From Elusimicrobiota bacterium (lineage in GTDB: Bacteria; Elusimicrobiota; Elusimicrobia; FEN-1173), in NCBI GenBank assembly GCA_016714745.1, contig JADKCG010000018.1:16981-80980 (forward strand): a stretch of DNA of 64,000 nt, written 5' to 3'. The notes beneath the pieces were generated by a model that was not told the origin of the DNA, ran no database searches, and saw only the letters and a program-made list of their open reading frames with translations. Position numbers and translations under genes: made by a program. Positions 28,487 to 37,641 of the stretch are shown here, piece by piece. Positions within the stretch are counted from its first letter, which is position 1, and each line of letters opens with the position of its first letter.

Positions 28487-30046
28487 GTGAACAGGGGAGT
28501 GGGAATTCTGTTCAACACGAAGGCAAGTTTTTTGTCGACAACAAAAAATAGGAGAAATAATTTGAAAGTCATTTTAACGCGCTTTAAAAACATGGTTATT
28601 CTGTCGTTTTATCTAACCGCCATCCCGACTGTTTCCTATTATATTTCACTCAATATTCAGGATACGATTTCAGAGAAGGCTCGGTCGGCTGTCATGTCGT
28701 ATGCCCAGCCCGGGCGAGCGAGCTTTTTACCGAACGATATTCACCAGGACATTAGCCGGTTGACTGTGCGGAGAATCCTTTCTGATCCTGCGCTTGGGGC
28801 CCATTTCACCGACCAATTTCGTGCAGATGCCTACCCTGTTCTCTTGATGGAGTTTGGGGCAAAATTTATTTTATTTTTGGGGCTCGGGCTTCTAATATTG
28901 GTTGGCCTGTCCGGCATTGTTGCCAAACGACACCGAACCTTACTCCTCTACATCTTTAAGCCGTTATTGTATTTTTCGATCATTTCCGTGAGTTTGATCG
29001 CATTTGGGCACGGGGCGCTTGCTGTGAGCACGATCTATTACGCCGAAACCTGGTATTCCTCTGGGGTCCACGTTATTTTGATCCTCATGATTGCAGGGGC
29101 GGGATTGCTGGGGACCTGGGCGGTGATGCGAGGGGCTTTTTCGGCCATTAAACCTCCCATCACAAAGATCGTCGGAACGGGTGTCGATCGGATGTCTCAT
29201 CCGAAAATATGGACGTATGTCGAAGATATTGCAAATCGGATCCAGGCACTTCCTCCGGAAAACATTATTGTTGGATTTGAGACAAACTTTTTTGTCTCCG
29301 AAGCTTCCCAACAATGCCTGGAGGGCCGATTAAAAGGCCGAACGATGTTTCTGTCCCTACCTCTTTGCGCCATTCTCACTCCCAATGAGTTGACCGCTGT
29401 CATTGCCCACGAACTTGGCCATTTCAGGGGGAGCGATACAAAATTCAGCGCAAAATTCTATCCCATCTATCGGGGTCTTGAAGTGTCTCTTGTGAATTTG
29501 GCCTATGTCGTGATTCGCAGGGGGAAATACGGATTCGTCCTGAAACCAGCCCAATTGTTACTCGAATATTTTTTCCAGGTTTTTGCCTATGCAGAGCGAG
29601 GGCTAGGCCGAGAGAGGGAGTTGCTGGCGGATCGCTGTGCCGCTGAATTAATGGGGGCAGAAACGTTGGGAGTTGTGCTTGTTAAAATTCAAGCTTTTTC
29701 TGGCCTGTGGGGGGAAATCGAAAAATTCATTGAGAAAGCCGTGAGCGACGATCGGGATCCCCAAAACCTCTGTGTCTCATATTCTGATGTTGTGATAGAG
29801 CGAAAATCAATCTCTCTCATAGACAAGATGCCCGTCGTCCCGTTCGCTCACCCGACAGACACTCACCCCCCCTTGGCCGACAGGCTAAAGGCCCAAGGAT
29901 TGGATTTAGACCAACTGAAAACAAAAGTTCTTGAAGTTCCACACATGGAAGACAGCGCCATGAATTTGTTTGGAGATTACAAATCTTTGGAGAAAACGCT
30001 GGGGCAAGCTTCTGTTGCAATATTACACGGGAAAATAATTTTTTGA
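28487..30046 (+). CDS. membrane-anchored M48-family zinc metallopeptidase
   Basis: HEXXH as VIAHELGHFRGSD, with several N-terminal TM helices and a downstream ELLADRCAAE glutamate region. The likely start is the TTG at 28562, preceded by AGGAGA, rather than 28487. Confidence 0.7.
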   Translation: MNRGVGILFNTKASFLSTTKNRRNNLKVILTRFKNMVILSFYLTAIPTVSYYISLNIQDTISEKARSAVMSYAQPGRASFLPNDIHQDISRLTVRRILSDPALGAHFTDQFRADAYPVLLMEFGAKFILFLGLGLLILVGLSGIVAKRHRTLLLYIFKPLLYFSIISVSLIAFGHGALAVSTIYYAETWYSSGVHVILILMIAGAGLLGTWAVMRGAFSAIKPPITKIVGTGVDRMSHPKIWTYVEDIANRIQALPPENIIVGFETNFFVSEASQQCLEGRLKGRTMFLSLPLCAILTPNELTAVIAHELGHFRGSDTKFSAKFYPIYRGLEVSLVNLAYVVIRRGKYGFVLKPAQLLLEYFFQVFAYAERGLGRERELLADRCAAELMGAETLGVVLVKIQAFSGLWGEIEKFIEKAVSDDRDPQNLCVSYSDVVIERKSISLIDKMPVVPFAHPTDTHPPLADRLKAQGLDLDQLKTKVLEVPHMEDSAMNLFGDYKSLEKTLGQASVAILHGKIIF

Positions 30047-30143
30047 TTCGGAACGGATAAGAGAATACCCTTCCGTCACCCTTGAAAATTCCCCGGGAAC
30101 ATCTTTTTGGCGCGTGCTGTCCCCATAGCTTGAAGTCTGGCCT

Positions 30144-30500
30144 TCATTTGAGATGAGTTGGCCCCGAAGAAAATTTCGCGTATCTTTGTGAAATTTTTTT
30201 CCAGAAAAGAAACGCCATCTTCAAATGGATTTGAGCTAGGTCATCCTTCTCTTGGCCAAGGGAAAAACGCACGAGACACAAATCAAACCATTCTCGAGGT
30301 TGGTCATTGAAAGCCAAATCAATTCGCTTCTGACCTCGGTCGCCAACAATGCGAAGACGGAAATAGGGAGAGTTGTAAACGGAAACGGAATCTCCAAATG
30401 ACTCGGACTCATTTTTGGTTTCCAATGAAAAACCCAGTAGCTTAATTAATTCTTTTATGTCCATGATGTGTTTTTCATTTGGGCAATAAAAACCGTGCAT
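30144..30500 (-). CDS. small cytoplasmic protein, candidate immunity partner of the upstream toxin-like gene
   Basis: About 105-118 aa. It overlaps the 3' end of the 677-aa gene by 26 nt. The probable start is MDIKELIKLLGF. It has no signal peptide. The assignment rests on position and size only. Confidence 0.35.
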   Translation of the reverse strand: MHGFYCPNEKHIMDIKELIKLLGFSLETKNESESFGDSVSVYNSPYFRLRIVGDRGQKRIDLAFNDQPREWFDLCLVRFSLGQEKDDLAQIHLKMAFLFWKKISQRYAKFSSGPTHLK

Positions 30501-32508
30501 CGTCTGAGAGACGGTATCCTTTTTGGAAAAGATAATTTAGCTCTTTTTGATAAAAAGATCCTGGGACAACGTTTTTAATTGGTGTAGCAAGGATAAAGGT
30601 GTCTCCTCGAGCAATACAGCGATCCAGAAATTTCGCATTTGCTGTCCATCTTTCAGCGGCACTCATTTTTTCCCAAACTGCTGTTGGTATATTAAAACGT
30701 TTTCCACCAATTTTATCCGCGACTTGGATATATTCAGGGTAGTGGCCAAGGACCGCCTCACCCGTTAGGGATGGGATTTCTTTCAGGCTAGAATGAGCGA
30801 TCTTCGAGGGTATAGCCACATGCCCACTTTCTCCCAAAGCTTGAAAATTTAGGGTGACTTTCGCTTCTCGTAAAGTTTTCGCCAACTCTTGAGCAAGATA
30901 AAGCCCCTCCTTCACCGCAAGGCGAGATGTCTGGACCCCTAACGTTGCGCCGGGTTCGGCACGTATATAAAATTCCGCGCCCGACTCAACCGCTTTTAAG
31001 GATTCCAGCAATTTATCCCCTGGGTGGGGCTCATGAATAGCAAGGAAAGCATGGTGGGAAAATTCTTTTGCGTTGTGGATGGAATCAACGGTAAACGTGA
31101 CTGCGTCCTCTACTACTTTGGTTGGGAGTATGGCCGTGGCCAACAACAGGCCGCCCGTTCGTTGGACCATGGTGTTGTCGGGGTTGATGAACGCATCCAT
31201 CGCCGTGGCGTAGCGATCATTCATTGTTGTGGTCCAGATCGGTTTACGCTCTTCTAAATTCTTGTAATCGTCGAGATTTACGAGGCGGTCGGTATTAAGT
31301 GAAATGGTGTTGTCTTTTACCAAGACGTATCCGTTGCCTGTTAACTCGGGGCCCGTTTCGAGCATGCCTGGGGTTTCGCGGGGTTTGAGGAGGGGGGCCT
31401 TAACAGCCGTGTTGTTGAGCGTCGCTTGGGCGTTTTTAAAGTCAATGGTGCCCGCCACTTCGCGGGTCCCGGATTTGACGAATTCACCATCTTTAAGCGG
31501 CATGTCTGGAAGTTCCGCCACAAAGGTTCCGGCGGCGAGATCCACACTTTTAACTTTGATTTCGACAATTCTGTCGTTCATTTTGACGGTGAGGCCGAAA
31601 TCTTGACCGTCCCGTTTGTAGAGGGTCTTGTTTTCCGGAATGAGGGCGCTGTTCCCAACGACGGAGACGTTTCCGGCAACCACGGAGATGTTGTAGTTCG
31701 GGAAATCCGTTGGGCCATCAATTTTTAATCGAGAGTTTTCGCTTAGGACGGCTTCGTTGTATAGGGTTTGCTGGCCTTTATTGCCTTCCGCCGGGCCTGT
31801 GACAGCCGCAAAGGTGACGTGGCCTTGGGTGAAAACGTATTTGTCTCCTTCCTGGTGAAGCGTGGCTTCTGTTGTTGGGCGTCCCTCAAACCCGGATTGT
31901 TTGATCAACACAGAGGTCTCTTGTCGCCAGTCGTTCATTTGCCCCGTTGTGTATTGGCTGGGCCGAATGCCGGGGACGCCGAGCTGAACCTTCTCGTCCG
32001 GTCCGATTTGGGCGGAGCCCGTGATTTGAAACCCGCCGGTTTCCGGGTTGGGGAGGATCCCCGCAATGGATTGGGAAACCTTTGACCCGAGAACGTCCGA
32101 TTTAATCGGTTTTTCAAGGCGGCCTGTGTCACTAATGGTGATGGGGATCTTCGTCCCATTCAAGTTCAAGGTGCCAGACTGGTTTGCGTCCATGCCCCAC
32201 ATGCCGCCCATATTTCTAAAATTAAGGCCGCTGGTCGTTTCCTTGAACCGGGATTCGTTAGATACCGACCCTAATCCCAAAATTGTTTCACCGCCCTTCC
32301 CATCGCCGTTCACGAAAACTTTAAAGGGTTCGCTGGACTCTATGTTTGGCCGCGCTTCCTTTGATAACCGAATGCCGGGGCCATCAAGATTGTAATTCGT
32401 TCCGTTAGAGACGAATTTGCCTTGAGTATAATCCTGGTCATTAATCTTTACCGGGGTTTTTGCCGGGGCAAAGGCCGGGCCTGTTTTGGTGTTTTCAATT
32501 TGGCCCAC
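30475..32508 (-). CDS. large beta-rich protein with a distinct C-terminal module (polymorphic-toxin-like architecture)
   Basis: 677-aa ORF with a Gly/Asn/Thr-rich beta-strand-like body. The last roughly 110 aa, HYPEYIQVADKIGGKRFNIPTAVWEKMSAAERWTANAKFLDRCIARGDTFILATP...YQKELNYLFQKGYRL, have a different, globular composition. The N-terminus overlaps the preceding secreted ORF. Confidence 0.45.
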   Translation of the reverse strand: MGQIENTKTGPAFAPAKTPVKINDQDYTQGKFVSNGTNYNLDGPGIRLSKEARPNIESSEPFKVFVNGDGKGGETILGLGSVSNESRFKETTSGLNFRNMGGMWGMDANQSGTLNLNGTKIPITISDTGRLEKPIKSDVLGSKVSQSIAGILPNPETGGFQITGSAQIGPDEKVQLGVPGIRPSQYTTGQMNDWRQETSVLIKQSGFEGRPTTEATLHQEGDKYVFTQGHVTFAAVTGPAEGNKGQQTLYNEAVLSENSRLKIDGPTDFPNYNISVVAGNVSVVGNSALIPENKTLYKRDGQDFGLTVKMNDRIVEIKVKSVDLAAGTFVAELPDMPLKDGEFVKSGTREVAGTIDFKNAQATLNNTAVKAPLLKPRETPGMLETGPELTGNGYVLVKDNTISLNTDRLVNLDDYKNLEERKPIWTTTMNDRYATAMDAFINPDNTMVQRTGGLLLATAILPTKVVEDAVTFTVDSIHNAKEFSHHAFLAIHEPHPGDKLLESLKAVESGAEFYIRAEPGATLGVQTSRLAVKEGLYLAQELAKTLREAKVTLNFQALGESGHVAIPSKIAHSSLKEIPSLTGEAVLGHYPEYIQVADKIGGKRFNIPTAVWEKMSAAERWTANAKFLDRCIARGDTFILATPIKNVVPGSFYQKELNYLFQKGYRLSDDARFLLPK

Positions 32509-33404
32509 TGTTCGAATGGTCCCCGGGGCAACGAAACAAGAGCATCTTTTCGATTGATGGTGATTTTTCCATCCAAGGCACTGCCATCAGGGAGCTTAAA
32601 TGATTGAACCGTTCGATGGCCCAAAACAACGCGATTCCAAACCGCTTTACCAATCTCACTGATTTTCTGGCCGACGCTTTGGATAAAAGCGGGAACTGTT
32701 TTAATCGCGCTGGCAACGGCATCGAAGATCCGGGCGGGCGCTGATGTTCTGAGAGATGTGGTGGCATCAGTGCGTTGTGGGGCGACGGGTGTTTGGCGAT
32801 CGGTAATCCCATAGAATCGGCCAAGCGCCGGGGGAACTAGATCCAGCACACGCCCTTTTATTGGTTGTGTTGGAATGGAAGCCTGCTGGGGGGGAGTGAT
32901 TGACTTTGTTTTCAGGTCGAAGCCAACGTCCACTTTGTTATTAAGTGAAAGAACGGAATCCGACACTTTAACAGTGTCGTTTCTTAATGCGGTAACATTT
33001 GTTTGCTGTGTGACCTGGGGGGATTCCGCTGTTTTGAAATTGTTGGAAATAAGAAAGTTACGATCAACGCTGACCACGGGACGGGCGTCGAAGCGCGGCT
33101 GGGAAAATGAACCGCGCCCCAAATCCAGCTTGGGGCTAGAAAAGGTGGTGTGAAAGGTGAAGTCCAGGTTAAACCTCGGAAACTGGACGGGGGCACGCAT
33201 GGGGATGGAATAAGACTGGTTGGCAAAAGAAGCCACACGATAAGCGGCCATTTGCTGATTGCGGTCGAAAGAGTTGTAGGAGTATGAGGGAGAATTATTT
33301 CTGTCGCTATTATAATCGTAATTGTTGGCAGAAAAGGCAGGGGCACCAAGTAAAAAGGAAATGAAGATCGCAACGGCTCGGCGCACGGGGAGATCCCAAT
33401 TCAA
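32448..33404 (-). CDS. secreted protein, possibly the N-terminal part of the toxin-like gene
   Basis: Signal peptide MNWDLPVRRAVAIFISFLLGAPAFSA. The 3' end overlaps the 677-aa ORF by 61 nt. The downstream frame is open from about 32550, so a single indel near the GCCCCGGGG run (32526-32534) would fuse the two ORFs. Confidence 0.5.
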   Translation of the reverse strand: MNWDLPVRRAVAIFISFLLGAPAFSANNYDYNSDRNNSPSYSYNSFDRNQQMAAYRVASFANQSYSIPMRAPVQFPRFNLDFTFHTTFSSPKLDLGRGSFSQPRFDARPVVSVDRNFLISNNFKTAESPQVTQQTNVTALRNDTVKVSDSVLSLNNKVDVGFDLKTKSITPPQQASIPTQPIKGRVLDLVPPALGRFYGITDRQTPVAPQRTDATTSLRTSAPARIFDAVASAIKTVPAFIQSVGQKISEIGKAVWNRVVLGHRTVQSFKLPDGSALDGKITINRKDALVSLPRGPFEQWAKLKTPKQARPLPRQKPR

Positions 33405-33486
33405 AAGTATTTAACGACTTAGCCGAAATTAGTATTTTCGTCGATAAATGTCAATAATTCGCTCGGAAACCTAGACGAGCCTATTT

Positions 33487-33711
33487 TTAACGGGAAGACG
33501 ATTCAAGTTCCACGGATATTTCTTTGAGCTCGTCAGGCAGGGGTTTGGGATTATCGAAATTTGTGGTGTAAGTCCAGTCATCGTAACTGAACGCCACTTT
33601 GTAACATCGAACTTCCTTTTTGCCGTCGAATTTAATTAGAAAACCGCCGTCAGCCATGGGTGTTTCCTTTTTGATTTTATTTAATGCGCATCTACCGGAT
33701 TTTAGCCTCAC
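33487..33711 (-). CDS. small hypothetical protein
   Basis: Track ORF of 74 aa. The likely start is MADGGFLIKFDGKKEVRCYK, giving about 56 aa. No family recognised. Confidence 0.3.
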   Translation of the reverse strand: MRLKSGRCALNKIKKETPMADGGFLIKFDGKKEVRCYKVAFSYDDWTYTTNFDNPKPLPDELKEISVELESSSR

Positions 33712-34063
33712 TTGAATGGTGTGTCAATTCCTGAAAGATTATTTCATAAGATAGGAGCCAAAGGATCCCGAAAAGTAAAATCGGTGACTGAAATTTGGAT
33801 TGATTTATGAAAAAAACACGATCCAACAACGTGTATAAATTTACAATAAATCCATAGGTGGGTGGTGGGAAGAGTCGCTATTCTACCTGTGCTCGTTCAT
33901 CAACTTGAAGAATTACCTAAAATGCGACCACGCCGACTATTTTTTCGAGAGAGCGCCATGGTCTATTTTCCCGGGGGGAACCTTTGGTGGGATTGAACCC
34001 CCTTGACATGATAAAATCATTTGAAGAATCTAAACTGCGGGTGAAAGACTCCGAACATATTTT

Positions 34064-35069
34064 TTGGGGGGCGCTTTGATGGACAACAGGCCGGTGGGGG
34101 AAGTTCTGGTTTATCGCGCCTCGAACGGTCAGGCGCAAGTGGAAGTTCGGGTAGACCGGGAAACTGTGTGGCTGACCCAGGACCAAATGGGCCGATTGTT
34201 TGGGCGGGAACGGTCGGTCATCAGTAAACACGTCCAAAATGTGTTTTCGTCCGAAGAATTGGACGATAAAAGCAATGTGCAAAAATTGCACATTCCTGGG
34301 TCCGACAAACCTGTCATCTATTACAATCTTGACGTCATCATTTCGGTCGGGTACCGGGTCAAATCGAAACAAGGTGTTCAGTTCCGCCAGTGGGCCACGG
34401 GTGTTTTGCGCGAATACCTATTGAAGGGCTACGCCTTAAACCAATCCCGCATTACAAATCAAACCCTAGAAGAGGCCCAGAACGCCATTGACCTTCTATC
34501 GAATACTTTGACAGCCAACGCCCTCGTGACAGACAAGGGCCAGGCCATCTTGGACCTGGTGACCCGCTACGCCAAGACCTGGCGGCTCCTCCTGCAATTC
34601 GGATGAAGGGCGCCTTCCCACTGCGCCTCGGCGCCCCACTAAACCCACATCCCGATTGACGGTTAAAGGGGCCCGTCAAAGCGTGGTCGAATTGCACGCT
34701 AAACTGGCATTGTCGGGCGAGGCCGGAGTTCTCTTTGGCCAAGAACGCGGTTCGGCGTTGGACCGTATCATCGCATCTCTGGAACAAACCTTCAGCGGCA
34801 AATCTTTGTATCCCAACGTCCAGACCCGCGCCGCCCATCTCTTGTATTTCGTCATCAAAGACCATCCCTTCAGCGACGGAAACAAACGAATTGGGTCCCT
34901 GCTCTTTTTGCAATTTCTCCAACGGAATGGCCTCCTCTTTGGGTCGGACGGCAAACCCCGCTTCCCCGGCAACGCCATGGTGGCCCTCGCCCTGTTGATC
35001 GCCGAGAGTGCCCCGAAACAAAAAGAGACCATGATCCATCTGGTTTTAAGCCTCTTGGACGACGAATAA
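34064..35069 (+). CDS. RhuM-like N-terminal domain fused to a Fic/DOC domain, apparent frameshift near 34597-34602
   Basis: The first half has TVWLTQDQMGRLFGRERSVISKHVQNVF...YYNLDVIISVGYRVKSKQGVQFRQWAT, the RhuM virulence-protein family pattern. The second half has HPFSDGNKRIG, the Fic/DOC motif. The joining frame reads ...WRLLLQ/DEGRLP. Confidence 0.75.
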
Positions 35070-35075
35070 CGAGTC

Positions 35076-36529
35076 ATGGGCACCCCCACCATAAAGTTTG
35101 GCCATGGCCTCATTCTTTTTCTTGCGGCCTTTTTTGTTGCACGAATAGTTTCGCCCACACAGCCCAAACGGAAAACATCCCGCCTCGCGACTATTTCGCC
35201 ACAACCCAGCGGGAACTGGCGAAAGCCAAGAAATCCATCACGGTGTGCATGTATCTTTTTACCTTGCGGCCTAACCAATCCACGTCCCCCGTCTTCCAGT
35301 TGGCCGAATCTCTTAAAAAGGCCCACGACGCCGGTGTCCGGGTCGAAGTGATCCTCGACCAAAACATCAACTTTACAGAGGGGGAAGACCGAGCCTCCGA
35401 CCTTTCGGAAGGGAAAAACGCTCCCGCCTACACGTTTCTAAAAGCCCAAGGCATCCCCGTGTATTATGACGATGCCGCCACCTATACACACTCCAAGGTC
35501 GTGGTGATCGACGAAGAAACGGTCATCGCCGGGTCCACGAATTGGAGCGATTCCGCCCTTACCCGCAATCAAGAAATTAATTTCATCATTCGTTCTAAAG
35601 AAGTGGCCCGGGACGTGCTGGCCACTCTCCGGGCCATCCACCGCCGAGACCCCCTGCCCAATTCCGCGATCTCCGCTGTCGAGATCCCCGGCGACTTTCT
35701 TGAAGACGAGGGCTTGCTGGCCCGCATGACCGCGCAAAATGACGAACGGGCTTTTGACACTTACCTCTACATCGTCAAACAATCGAGCCAATCATATTCG
35801 ATCAACTACGAAGATCTTGCCCAATCACTCAACCTTCCCCTGGGCAATCGCAACGCCTACCGAAAACAAATCAACAAAGTGTTGGACAAATTGCAACATC
35901 GCTATGGATTGATTGACGTTCAAACCGCTTTCAATCAAGAAGCCAAGATGATGAGAACAGTTTTGCCGAGCGAACGCTCAGCTAAAATCCCGTTGGGTTA
36001 TTGGAGTCTGGGTTGGAACCGGCGGCTCAGTTTCGCCGGGAAAACTGTTTTCTTGATCAGCCAGTATGAATCCGAGGTCTCCACCCGCCGCCCCCGTTGG
36101 TCCGCCGCCCAAAAAACCCTGTCTCGCCGATACGGCGTCTCCGAAGGATTTATCCGCCAAGGGATCGCTGACCTTCGTCGGAAGAACCTCTTGGAGGTGG
36201 ATTATTCCCCGTTCAACTCCCATGCCGCCCTCCCTCGGCGCCCCAACATCTACACACCCAACCCCCTTTACGATCCCGCGGAACTGGATCGGAAAATGGA
36301 AGAACTCAAAATAAAATATGGCCGAGAAAAATTTGCCCGGGCCCAATCCGCCGCGGCGGTTGTTTATGAGGACAGCGATTTGAACGGCATTAAAGAACTG
36401 ATCGAGATGGAAACCCAATTCGGCCCCCAGAAGGTGAATGCCGCCGTTAAAGTGTTAGGCCAAAAGAACCCCGACAATCCCGCCCGCACGTTGGGATACC
36501 TCATAGGAACCATCCGAAATTTGAAATAA
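35076..36529 (+). CDS. PLD-family (Nuc-like) nuclease domain fused to winged-helix/DnaD-like C-terminal domains, apparent frameshift at the T6 run 35131-35136
   Basis: The N-terminal hydrophobic segment is MGTPTIKFGHGLILFLAAFF. The HKD motif is YTHSKVVVIDEETVIAGSTNWS. The C-terminal half has two wHTH-like segments (...YEDLAQSLNLPLGNRNAYRKQINKVLDKL..., ...LSRRYGVSEGFIRQGIADLRRKNLLEV...) and ends ...TLGYLIGTIRNLK. Confidence 0.6.
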
Positions 36530-36537
36530 CAAAACAT

Positions 36538-37614
36538 GGGGGACGGAGGCAACTAAACAACTTGGTTGATAAGGCGCTGGTCTTTTGATACCGTATGACC
36601 ATGCCCCGACAAGCCCGGCTTGACGCTCCTGGGTTGTTTCACCATGTGATCGCCCGTGGATTGGAACGACGCGTGATTTTCACCGGGAAGGTGGATTACG
36701 ACGATTTCCTCTCCCGCGTCGAAACGTCGTTGGAGAAGAGTCCGAATCAACTCTTGGCCTGGGCGCTCATGCCCAACCATTTCCATTTCCTGATTCGGAC
36801 GGGTTCCGGAGGTCTCTCCCGGTTTATGCGGCGCCTGATGTCGGGGTATGCGGTGGCGTTTAACGCGCGGCACAGACGCTCCGGATATCTCTTTCAAAAC
36901 CGCTTTAAGTCGATCGTCTGCCAGCAAGATCCCTATTTCACAGAACTGGTTCGATACATTCATTTAAACCCACTGCGCGCGGGGGTAGTGAAAACCCTTT
37001 CGGAGTTGGATCAATATCTTTACTGTGGACACAGCGCCCTTATGGGAAGGATTTTACGGCCCTGGCAGGCCACCGAACCGGTTTTGGATCGTTTTGGTTC
37101 GCGAGGGCGGTATCGGAGGTTCATGGAGAAGGGGAAGGACCAGGGACGTCGACCGGAATTGGTAGGAGGAGGCCTTTTGCGGAGCCTGGGAGGCGTGCAG
37201 GCGGTCATGCAAGCGCGGAGGGAAGGGGACCGGCAACAGGGCGATTCTCGGGTATTAGGGGAAGGGGGTTTCGTCACGCAGGTTTTGAAGGACACGGAAG
37301 CCAAGTTGAAGGCGCAAAACACACTGCGGCGGGAAGGGAAGGACCTTCGAACGATGGCGTTGGCGGTGGCAAAAAAGGCCGGGATTCCCGAACGAGCGCT
37401 TTTTTCGCGTGGTCGTACCGCGGAGGTCTCCCGGGCCAAGTCGGCATTGATATACGTGGGTGTGGAATACTTTGGTCGGACCGTGAAGGGCATGAGCGAG
37501 GCCACCCGCATGTCCCCGGCGGCCGCCAGCAAGGCGAGGGAGCGGGGCGAAAAATTGCTGAATGACCATCCGGAGTGGCGGGAGCTACTTAATTGATTAG
37601 TTGGCTCCGTCCCC
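36538..37614 (+). mobile_element. compact IS-like unit: Y1 transposase gene bracketed by 18-bp imperfect inverted repeats
   Basis: GGGGACGGAGGCAACTAA (36539-36556) matches the reverse complement of TTAGTTGGCTCCGTCCCC (37597-37614) at 17 of 18 positions. The right repeat starts directly after the stop codon. Confidence 0.5.
36595..37596 (+). CDS. IS200-like Y1 (HUH) transposase with a C-terminal DnaA-C-like HTH extension
   Basis: ARLDAPGLFHHVIARG ... LLAWALMPNHFHFLIR (HUH) ... GYLFQNRFKS (catalytic Tyr region) ... YIHLNPLRAG. The C-terminus SRAKSALIYVGVEYFGRTVKGMSEATRMSPAAASKA resembles DnaA domain IV. Confidence 0.75.
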   Translation: MTMPRQARLDAPGLFHHVIARGLERRVIFTGKVDYDDFLSRVETSLEKSPNQLLAWALMPNHFHFLIRTGSGGLSRFMRRLMSGYAVAFNARHRRSGYLFQNRFKSIVCQQDPYFTELVRYIHLNPLRAGVVKTLSELDQYLYCGHSALMGRILRPWQATEPVLDRFGSRGRYRRFMEKGKDQGRRPELVGGGLLRSLGGVQAVMQARREGDRQQGDSRVLGEGGFVTQVLKDTEAKLKAQNTLRREGKDLRTMALAVAKKAGIPERALFSRGRTAEVSRAKSALIYVGVEYFGRTVKGMSEATRMSPAAASKARERGEKLLNDHPEWRELLN

Positions 37615-37641
37615 TATTTCTGTAAACACTCGGAGGACTTC

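Noticed and set aside
33712-34063. Promoter call around TTGACA at about 34005 upstream of the RhuM-Fic gene
   Set aside because: No acceptable -10 hexamer lies at 16-18 nt spacing. TAAAAT lies only 3 nt downstream of the TTGACA, so the call is not supportable.
26380-37640. Prophage or integrase-bearing integrative element next to tRNA-Asp
   Set aside because: No tyrosine or serine integrase, capsid, terminase or conjugation genes are present. I found no further copy of the tRNA-Asp 3' end to the right of 28150 that would mark a distal att site. The region is therefore described only as an AT-richer accessory region.
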